From contig CAZVKN010000001.1 of assembly GCA_964627035.1 (NCBI GenBank), forward strand, positions 131,707 through 195,706: a DNA stretch of 64,000 bases, in the 5' to 3' direction. The notes below the pieces were generated by a model. The model saw nothing but the letters and a program-made list of their open reading frames with translations. It was not told the DNA's origin and ran no database searches. The position numbers were made by a program, and so were the translations under genes. Below are positions 53,701-60,331 of this stretch, in pieces (the stretch's first letter is position 1; every line of letters begins with the position of its first letter). The DNA comes from an uncultured bacterium. Its GTDB lineage: Bacteria > Electryoneota > AABM5-125-24 > Hatepunaeales > Hatepunaeaceae.

Positions 53701-54238
53701 TAATCTGAACGCTGAGATAGCAGTCTTTGCCAACGGCTTACAAGTCGGATCCGGAATTCTCGAAGACGGATATGCAGGAATCGCTATTTGGGGCGATGAC
53801 CCGACAACTGAAGTGATTGATGGTGCAGAGAGTGGCGACAGGATTGAATTGAAAATTCTTGGCGAAGGCAAATATGAATCTGTAGGATACAAGACCATCA
53901 AAGGTATGGGGAAATATTCAACAGATGGTTTCTGGGTATTACAACTTGAATCAACAGAAACATCTTCTGCTATCGGATCATTCGAGCTATTAACCACACA
54001 TCCAAATCCGTTTAATTCACAGACCACAATCAGCTATTCAGTCCAGACAGCCGGTAGAGTTCAATTACAACTATATGACATTAACGGTCGCCTGGTAAGT
54101 TCCATCTTTAACGGATACAAGGAAGTAGGAGTGCATACATTGCTATTCAGCGGTGATGATTTGGTGTCGGGGGTGTACTTTGTGAATCTAACAGCTCGTG
54201 GTAAATCTGCTAACCAGAAAATAGTGCTAATTAAATAA
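50723..54238 (+). CDS. secreted 1171-aa T9SS cargo protein sharing the NIDO-like, CarboxypepD_reg-like and propeller-like modules of the giant paralogues but lacking the C25 domain
   Basis: It has a signal peptide. Motifs include FEFYGEVYEEIGLHSNGWASF, GSVIDPATDEAIPDAVI..., RYGMRDLDWDGELIWGG and NPARAIAWD. There are two GWNL(V/T)S... internal repeats. The CTD reads HPNPFNSQTTISY...SGVYFVNL...KIVLIK. Confidence 0.9.
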   Translation: MQTKTFLSFITIIVTLFVIPSTVMADVTITPKGICLVREDEDVIETTFTLTNSGEEEVGFFIRMRPRNWGDEEDRIPRRDRRGGPDDMEYEWRDNDEEDGLDFQWIDITEFEDVVEVENVEDDSYHGMFELGFEFEFYGEVYEEIGLHSNGWASFVNAEAIGFFYPDWCDNDLPHANGNTPPPPTLLAVNYQDLNPAIAGDIYYWTNEQDMAIITWEEISHFVDDQGDRDLWTFQVIVTSNGLIKYQYESVGVYDNNDMMIGLQNEDRDLGFTVVRQNFEYIEEERTVAFGQPSAWVSWLTYDPADGVIEADSEVEVTATVDTEDLEAGVYFATLIVNIDIDDEDALMFPVVVSVDSPVGSIEGSVIDPATDEAIPDAVIQFSPSEIIRISDDDGMFEVPNLPVGNYDISCTSSDYFDAIIENVEVEEGEVTDVTFELLHAECLLDREDIEVALEPGSEISVEFDLTNGGNAQLTWRVERHLLGDADNDPWELRERIEVGEIVEDSYLSGVVYVDGLYYISGGNNRQNDNFVYVINEDGEEVDRFEQFAQSRYGMRDLDWDGELIWGGDAGMVYGFTTAGDLEVEFEADVNPARAIAWDTELNTLWVASEGTDIFGYDREGNLQAIIEKEDNIALQGISYYPEDPEGFNLYIFSREGEDEDSDTRVYKLNTDNGEIRFVADLELDDRAGGLYISNQFDIYSWVFVGILENAGRTPDALGIWQIDVRVGWMEVEPTEGVVEAGESAELELTLNSVGLPVAEFEGELIFVHDGLGGETHLPVTMNITEGPVQTRRQLNLNFGWNLVSLNIEPDLEDVVELTAELVADDNLIMMKNGAGQFYVPSADFNNIPGWFVEEGYQMKLARDARLTVDGMSVVADEPIPLEEGWNLTSYFPRRSVDAVLALSALVETDHLIIAKDGDGHFYVPEFGFTNMGLMSEGYGYKLNVDADVELIYVQEPPEDTPAVHRSIHRQISSSKEGNRTGNNMSLLVLSDDNLNAEIAVFANGLQVGSGILEDGYAGIAIWGDDPTTEVIDGAESGDRIELKILGEGKYESVGYKTIKGMGKYSTDGFWVLQLESTETSSAIGSFELLTTHPNPFNSQTTISYSVQTAGRVQLQLYDINGRLVSSIFNGYKEVGVHTLLFSGDDLVSGVYFVNLTARGKSANQKIVLIK

Positions 54239-54458
54239 GGGAAATAAACACTTTCAGCTTGACATCCTCATCTTCAACAGTTATATTGTTGGGTAACATC
54301 AGTATTCACTGACAAGCTTCAATGAAGCTGCAACCTCGAAAATTACTTTCTCAGATATATATTCCGATAGCCGGTTTCAACGGCGAACCGTTCGCCACCG
54401 GATTAAACTTAACCGATAATAACCAAACCCGATCATAAGACCGTTTTGGTCTCATGAT

Positions 54459-54566
54459 AAAAAAATCGGGTGCGCCGGATCCGAACCAAGGATCATACCG
54501 ACGCACCCTACACAGTGGAACGAGCGTCCTCATTGTGGGAAACACGGATCGTTGCCACTTAGTGCA
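54459..54566 (-). ncRNA. candidate small RNA of about 105 nt (orphan minus-strand promoter plus intrinsic terminator)
   Basis: The minus strand reads TTGACT (plus 54596-54601)-17 nt-TACCTT (plus 54573-54578). A 7-bp outer stem gggtgcg/cgcaccc (54468-54474 and 54502-54508) encloses an inner gatcc/ggatc hairpin. On the minus strand it is followed by GA then T7 (plus A7 at 54459-54465). Confidence 0.35.
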
Positions 54567-54615
54567 TGCCATAAGGTATGCAATAGTTCCTCACAAGTCA
54601 ATAAAGGAGATTCCA

Positions 54616-54966
54616 ATGAACAGGAACACTTTATTCGTGATTGTGGCGGTAGCCATGATTATTTTTCTGTCCGCTCCGGTTTCTGCCTTTGCCGAAGATT
54701 ACACGGTCAAGGTGATGGACGAGTTGGACGAGCCGGTTATCGGTGCTACCATGTATGCCGGGTTTGATTTCGGCGAGGGATTTGGTATCTGGATCCTGGG
54801 CAATGACTTAAACAATGGCAAATATGAGTGGGCCGATCAGAATAATCCTGACGCGTGGGAAGTAATTCTTCCATCTTATCTGGAGGCGGTTGCACCTGAT
54901 GATGACCCTCACGCAGAAAATGGTGAAACAACATTTTTCCGTTGGGATGTTATTGATTGGCGATAA
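54616..54966 (+). CDS. small secreted protein (116 aa)
   Basis: I prefer the internal ATG at 54616, because aaggag lies 7 nt upstream and the signal peptide MNRNTLFVIVAVAMIIFLSAPVSAFA follows. The track start at 54454 would run through the hairpin and terminator region. Confidence 0.65.
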   Translation: MNRNTLFVIVAVAMIIFLSAPVSAFAEDYTVKVMDELDEPVIGATMYAGFDFGEGFGIWILGNDLNNGKYEWADQNNPDAWEVILPSYLEAVAPDDDPHAENGETTFFRWDVIDWR

Positions 54967-55081
54967 CGTGATTTCCGATTGATATTCTGATTCATCCAAA
55001 CATTTCCGGCTGAGTGCCATTAAGCATTTAGCCGGGAAACTCATAGTAATCTTAGAATTCACTATATAAGGAGTCCTGTTC

Positions 55082-57274
55082 ATGAATTTTAGGACAATAA
55101 TCGTTTTTCTTTTTTTAGTTTTGACAAATGTTTCTTTTGCCCAACCTCGTCGTGCTTGGATTCGTTACTATGGTAGCGATGGTCGCGACGGATTTAGCGA
55201 CATCTATGCTACAGTTGACGGTGGTTACATTATGTGTGGCCGCTCGGATGAGCAGGGCGACTTGAATAACTGGGAACAGCCAAATCTCTGGATTGTGAGA
55301 GTCAATCAGGCAGGAGACGTGGTCTGGCAGAATCGCTATCAGCTTTTCGATGAGGATGTTTGGTCAATTGGATATAGCATAATTGAAACTGATAATGGCG
55401 ATTTTGTGGTTGGTGGAAGAACTGACGTGAACTATAGAGAGAGAAGATTTGTTGCAATAAAAGTAAGTAGTGATGGCGACCTGATCTGGGAAAGACAATA
55501 TGGTGGTAACCTATCAGGAATGTGTTCTGCTGTCATTGAAACTAAATCTGGCGAATATTTGCTCGGTGGGCGTTTAACTCCTGAAGATGGAATGGTTGAT
55601 TGTTATGCAGTTATGGTAAATGATGATGGAGACGTTATATGGGAAAGCAGATATGGTGAACATGATGAACATGATGGAATTCACGGAATCCGTGAAGCAG
55701 CAAACGATGAATATATATTAGGAGGTCTCTTAGATCGCACCTTTGCCCTGATTAAGATAGACGATGAAGGTGACGTGATTTGGCAGGAAACATATCAGCG
55801 TGGAACAGATTCTTATTGCTACTCGTTGGTTTCAACAGCTAACGGGTACGCTTTGGGTGGAAAGTATGCTTATCGTGATCTACAAGGTGTTGTTCATAAC
55901 ATACCACGGCTCGTTCTGGTCAATGATAATGGACAGCTTCAGCTCGATCAAGTTTATCCAAGTGAGTCTAGAGACGACTGCAGGAATCTTGCCTGGATGA
56001 GCGACGGTGGTTTCACCTTAGTTGGTTACCGTTGTGGAGATTGCGGTTTAGCAATCCGAACCGAACCTGGTGGTGATCTATCCTGGTCAACAGATGATTT
56101 TCCCGGACCAGTCAAAGGTGTAGTAGAGGATAGGGATGGGAATTCGCTTATCTGTGGATTTTCCGGGTTCTATATACAGGGTACACTAGTTAAGTATCAT
56201 CCTGAACGTAGTGCCCCAATGATTTTGGAACATTCTCCTGAATATCTTGATATCAGTGTTTTATCAGGTGATAGTGTACTATTTTCAGTCTATGCAGATG
56301 ATGTACAAGATGATTCTATCCGCTATGTCTGGACGCTAAACAGTGACAGCATTTCATCGGACACATCTACAGTTGTTACCTTCGATGAACTCGGTACAGA
56401 CACCGTCCAGTGTACGGTATCTGATAGTGCATTATCGGACTCAATCCGGTGGATTGTGCATGTCGAAGAGATGTATATAGATTCTTACTCACCCCAAACT
56501 CTCAACCCATCCATCCGCCGCAACAGCACAATAGACTTCTCTATCACAACCCGTGCCATCGAAGACGACCCGGTCGAGTACCTCTGGCTGTTGAACGACG
56601 AGCAGATCGCAGAAAATGACAGCGTCACCATCCGCTTCGAGCGCGGTCGGGAGCACTCCGTTATAGCTATTGCATCTCAAGGAGAGCTTGCCGACAGTGT
56701 GACGTGGCAGGTTTTGGTCAATGACCTGATTGTTGACTATATGCCGGAGCAGCTTGAGCTGTCAGTTGAGGTAGATACAACATTCGAGTTTGAAGTCTTC
56801 CCGTTCAATCCGAATGACGATTCTCTGCAATTCCTGTGGACGCTCGACGGTGATTCGATCAGCGACAACTCGTGGGTGTTGGTTAACTTTGACTCGGAAG
56901 GATTGTATAATGTAACAGCCTACGTCTCCGACACCACCGAATCCAACTCGCTGACCTGGGATGTCAGTGTTACTGCAGTCGGCGTACACTCAGATGAACC
57001 ACGATACCCCGACACCCCTACACTATACCCCTCCGTGCCGAATCCGTTTAACTCGCAACTCAAGATTAAATATTCGATTCCGAACTACGGACGAGTTAAA
57101 CTGGAGTTGCTTGACATCAGAGGGCGGGTTCTTGATGTGATGCGTAATGAAATGCAGAGGAAAGGCAATCATTCGCTGACCTACAGAGGGAACAACCTTA
57201 CTTCGGGAGTCTATTTCATACGTCTGAGCAGTGATGCAAACATTCAGGTTGAAAAGGTTCTCATGCTCAAATAA
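55082..57274 (+). CDS. secreted repeat protein (N-terminal propeller-like repeats, three PKD/Ig-like repeats) with T9SS C-terminal sorting domain
   Basis: 730 aa with a signal peptide and repeated D(G/N)G(Y/F)...GG(R/K) units. Three repeats of about 90 aa are each centred on (Y/F)(V/L)W(T/L)L(N/D). The CTD reads VPNPFNSQLKIKY...SGVYFIRLS...KVLMLK. Confidence 0.88.
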   Translation: MNFRTIIVFLFLVLTNVSFAQPRRAWIRYYGSDGRDGFSDIYATVDGGYIMCGRSDEQGDLNNWEQPNLWIVRVNQAGDVVWQNRYQLFDEDVWSIGYSIIETDNGDFVVGGRTDVNYRERRFVAIKVSSDGDLIWERQYGGNLSGMCSAVIETKSGEYLLGGRLTPEDGMVDCYAVMVNDDGDVIWESRYGEHDEHDGIHGIREAANDEYILGGLLDRTFALIKIDDEGDVIWQETYQRGTDSYCYSLVSTANGYALGGKYAYRDLQGVVHNIPRLVLVNDNGQLQLDQVYPSESRDDCRNLAWMSDGGFTLVGYRCGDCGLAIRTEPGGDLSWSTDDFPGPVKGVVEDRDGNSLICGFSGFYIQGTLVKYHPERSAPMILEHSPEYLDISVLSGDSVLFSVYADDVQDDSIRYVWTLNSDSISSDTSTVVTFDELGTDTVQCTVSDSALSDSIRWIVHVEEMYIDSYSPQTLNPSIRRNSTIDFSITTRAIEDDPVEYLWLLNDEQIAENDSVTIRFERGREHSVIAIASQGELADSVTWQVLVNDLIVDYMPEQLELSVEVDTTFEFEVFPFNPNDDSLQFLWTLDGDSISDNSWVLVNFDSEGLYNVTAYVSDTTESNSLTWDVSVTAVGVHSDEPRYPDTPTLYPSVPNPFNSQLKIKYSIPNYGRVKLELLDIRGRVLDVMRNEMQRKGNHSLTYRGNNLTSGVYFIRLSSDANIQVEKVLMLK

Positions 57275-57277
57275 AAT

Positions 57278-58933
57278 CTAAACATCCCGGTCACCCCCAT
57301 TAATGGAATAGATCAATCCGAGCAGTTCTCCGATGTTGAAATCATCGTCAAGTTCTACAAATTGCCAGTTTCTGTTCAGGATCACCTGCGGGTATTTCGA
57401 ACTTTGAGCTGAAAAATCAACGACTTTCTTCAATTCTGATTGCCAGTGAGCCATGCGCGACGCCCGAATGTCCACCCAGCCTTCCTGAGCCCATATCTCA
57501 ATATTATCCGAAGTCAGATCAGGATACTTCTCCATCGGAAAATGCCACGATGAACCGAGCAGAATTCGATTTTTATCAAGCAAAATCGGCATCCTCACTG
57601 AAAGTATCTGCCTCCTGAGATGAGGATCAGATTTAAGCAGCAACTCTTCAGCCCGTGATGAAAGAACATCCGGATCACTCTCAACTATTCTTTTAATCGA
57701 AGGACAAACGCTCCTCAGAATTTCCAATTCCCACAGGAATTTAGTCACAATAGGTCCGAGATTACCGAGCGAAACACTGCGAGTTTTCTGTTCCTCCTCC
57801 ATCTTCATCATCTTGTCAAGGATTAGAAAACGCTCAAATGCAGCATTGTAGCTCGGACCGATACAGACAGAATCAAGTGCAGTACAGATGTCGTATCTCG
57901 TGCTCCCTTCAAGAGATTCAACCACCGCAAGACCTACCTCTTCCTTGGTTATTGCCCCCATCTGACCTAAGGTTGTTATGGCAGTCATGTCACCTATGGC
58001 ATAATAGCCGTTCTCGCCTGAATCAACAGCAACCATACTCAAAGGCTCATTCAATTCTGTCGGTTGGTGAGAACCGAACACATTTTTATCGCTCAGATCA
58101 ATAGGATGTTCACAATCTACCAGCGGTATCTCGGTTATGCCTTTCCCGCCCCGTTCGGATAGATCTGTTGTCAAACCTTCCCAGCCCACCAATGTTGTAG
58201 GGATAATCATCTTGACGTCCAGACCGGGTGTATGCGAGAGCGTCCACAGCAATTGGTTGAAAATTCCGGTCGCTGCGACTTTTCCCAACAGCTTGGGAGA
58301 GCAGCCCGGTTCGTGAATATCTCCGTGTGTATATTTCAGGTTAAAACCCATCCCCCCCAGACCGGATGTTGATATTTTCACATAACGTTTTACATTGAAT
58401 TCTAACATTGCCAAGTGCAGCACTTGCGTAAACCGAATTAATTGTGGAACGGCTTCCGATAGCAAATTGTTTTTAGCAGCACTTTTCATAGCATCCATAT
58501 CATAAGAAGAGTCGAATTCTATGATTTTGTGCAGTTCTCGCGAAGCAGTGTATGGGTCATGACCATATCCAACAACAGTTGCGGTGTTGATTCCGTCAAC
58601 AATCATGTCAGGATTGTGTTCCTCTATTAAATTCCACAGAGGTGAGGATTGACATACCTCATTCGTAAATGTCCCAAAGCGATAATTGATCTCTGCCATC
58701 ACTGATTCTTCATCATCCCCGGGGAATGCAACTAAAACATCGCCCGAGGAGGCGATAAGTTCGGTCTCACAATCGTTACAGTTTTTTTTGACCCAATCTA
58801 ACGATTCTAGTGATTCATCTTCAGTCAACGTGTGTAGTATTAGTTTTCTTGGATGATGTTTTAATATTCCCAGACAGGCAGACCTGCCGATTTGTCCTGC
58901 GCCAATTATAAGAATGGAGCTATTGTGGATCAT
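57278..58933 (-). CDS. uncharacterised 551-aa protein with N-terminal NAD(P)-binding Rossmann motif
   Basis: ILIIGAGQIGRS near the N-terminus. I do not recognise the rest. It is the last gene of the XDH-family operon, 65 nt after the FAD subunit gene. Confidence 0.75.
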   Translation of the reverse strand: MIHNSSILIIGAGQIGRSACLGILKHHPRKLILHTLTEDESLESLDWVKKNCNDCETELIASSGDVLVAFPGDDEESVMAEINYRFGTFTNEVCQSSPLWNLIEEHNPDMIVDGINTATVVGYGHDPYTASRELHKIIEFDSSYDMDAMKSAAKNNLLSEAVPQLIRFTQVLHLAMLEFNVKRYVKISTSGLGGMGFNLKYTHGDIHEPGCSPKLLGKVAATGIFNQLLWTLSHTPGLDVKMIIPTTLVGWEGLTTDLSERGGKGITEIPLVDCEHPIDLSDKNVFGSHQPTELNEPLSMVAVDSGENGYYAIGDMTAITTLGQMGAITKEEVGLAVVESLEGSTRYDICTALDSVCIGPSYNAAFERFLILDKMMKMEEEQKTRSVSLGNLGPIVTKFLWELEILRSVCPSIKRIVESDPDVLSSRAEELLLKSDPHLRRQILSVRMPILLDKNRILLGSSWHFPMEKYPDLTSDNIEIWAQEGWVDIRASRMAHWQSELKKVVDFSAQSSKYPQVILNRNWQFVELDDDFNIGELLGLIYSINGGDRDV

Positions 58934-58998
58934 TCGTTTCCTCGTGTAATATGGAAGCCGTTTATTGAATAACGTTTTAAAGACAATCTGAAGATGAT

Positions 58999-59853
58999 TT
59001 AAATTGTCAAAATACTTTTACTTATGTTGTTCAGAACCTCTTTTCTATACCATGCCGATGCTCGAATATCGGAAATCGGTGAAACATACTCCATTACTTT
59101 AGCAGCAAAGCGATCTGCGTCCAAATTGTTCATCTTCTTGCCTATAAGGTAGTCACATGCAGAAGTCGTGAATTTGATTGTCGGTGCTACTGATCCGACC
59201 GCGATTCCTGCTTCGTTAACAGTACCGTCAACATCCATCAGAATGTGGTATGCCAGTGACACTACCGCACATTCCATAGATCGTCTGGTTCCTACTTTAA
59301 TGAATCCGGAATGTCGTTTCAACTTGCTTACAGGCAACATCACACTCCGCAGTATTTCATCCTTCTTTAATGCGGTTTTCCGAACACCTGTGAAGAACTC
59401 ATCAATCGGCAATTCTCTGACACTACCGAAAGCCGATACAATTTCACATCTTGCTTTCAGGGCGACCAATGCACACGCCATATCTCCCGCAGGCGAAGCG
59501 GTGCAGATATTACCTCCGATTGTCGCAACCTGCCGAATCTGTCGTGAAGCAAGATTGTAAGCTGCTTGGTGCAATACCGGATAAAGCGATTCAATCTCTC
59601 GGTTCGCTAAAATTTGTCTGGCAGTAACCAGACTGCCGATCCTAATCCCATCATCGCACCGTTGGATCGTGGTGAACTTTTCATCTGTTAATCGATTCAG
59701 GCTTATTACGGTGAGTTCCTTTTCAGCCTGTTTCTTCAACTCCAGCAACAAGTCTGTACAACCGGCTCCAAAACGGAAGTTTTCATTCTGATGATCGGAT
59801 ATCTGAGCTAACAACTCTTCTGTCGTTTTCGGTGTAACTACATTAAAGTTCAT
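58999..59853 (-). CDS. xanthine dehydrogenase family FAD-binding subunit (CoxM/XdhB-like)
   Basis: 284 aa with GAGCTDLL, VATIGGNICTASPAGD and a C-terminal CO-dehydrogenase-flavoprotein-like region (SDIRASAWYR). Confidence 0.88.
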   Translation of the reverse strand: MNFNVVTPKTTEELLAQISDHQNENFRFGAGCTDLLLELKKQAEKELTVISLNRLTDEKFTTIQRCDDGIRIGSLVTARQILANREIESLYPVLHQAAYNLASRQIRQVATIGGNICTASPAGDMACALVALKARCEIVSAFGSVRELPIDEFFTGVRKTALKKDEILRSVMLPVSKLKRHSGFIKVGTRRSMECAVVSLAYHILMDVDGTVNEAGIAVGSVAPTIKFTTSACDYLIGKKMNNLDADRFAAKVMEYVSPISDIRASAWYRKEVLNNISKSILTI

Positions 59854-59867
59854 AATAACTTCGTTGA

Positions 59868-60329
59868 TTAATCTGTAATATATTTCAGAATTTTAATAAT
59901 CTGATCAGTTGTTTGCACAACTGCATTAGCTGCTGCATCTATCTCTTTTAGTGCATGAATAAATTCAGGTGAATGCATCACTATCAACGGCTTTCCGAGT
60001 GCGTGAGAATACCCGGCATCAAAAGCTGCGTTCCACTGTTTGTATTTATTGCCAAATCGTACTATTACTATATCCGAATCAGAAATTAAAGTCTTATTCC
60101 TAATTGCGTTTATGCCTGCTGATTTGTGATCACGCCAAAATGACTTTTCTTCTTCGCCCAGTATATCTGTTCCACAGCTATCACTCTTTGCATGATCCGT
60201 TATTGGGCTAATAAAATGGACTGGGAGCTTTTCGCGCTTGGCTGCCTTCTTGAGTTCTTCTCGCCAATCAGTATGTACTTCCCCTGACAGATACACTTTC
60301 CAGGTTTTAATATTCATGGATTGACTCAA
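59868..60329 (-). CDS. YtoQ-family protein (nucleoside 2-deoxyribosyltransferase-like fold)
   Basis: 153 aa reading KVYLSGEVHTDWREELKK...WRDHKSAGINAIRNKTLI..SDIVIVRFG.KYKQWNAAFDAGY..ALGKPLIV, which matches my memory of the YtoQ family pattern. It sits 2 nt after the Mo subunit stop and 14 nt before the FAD subunit start. Confidence 0.7.
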   Translation of the reverse strand: MSQSMNIKTWKVYLSGEVHTDWREELKKAAKREKLPVHFISPITDHAKSDSCGTDILGEEEKSFWRDHKSAGINAIRNKTLISDSDIVIVRFGNKYKQWNAAFDAGYSHALGKPLIVMHSPEFIHALKEIDAAANAVVQTTDQIIKILKYITD

Positions 60330-60331
60330 TT

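Noticed and set aside
54468-54508. Possible tRNA gene or tRNA fragment, because the minus strand contains GGTTCGGATCC, which looks like a T-arm.
   Set aside because: The 7-bp outer stem closes directly around the T-arm-like hairpin, giving about 41 nt in total. No D-arm or anticodon arm can be drawn, and the T-loop lacks the canonical TTCRANN. It is followed by a U-tract, so it reads better as an intrinsic terminator.
54454-54615. Longer 170-aa version of the small secreted protein starting at 54454.
   Set aside because: The N-terminal 54 residues would be translated from the hairpin, terminator and promoter region, with no SD. The internal ATG at 54616 has aaggag at the right distance and is followed by a classic signal peptide.
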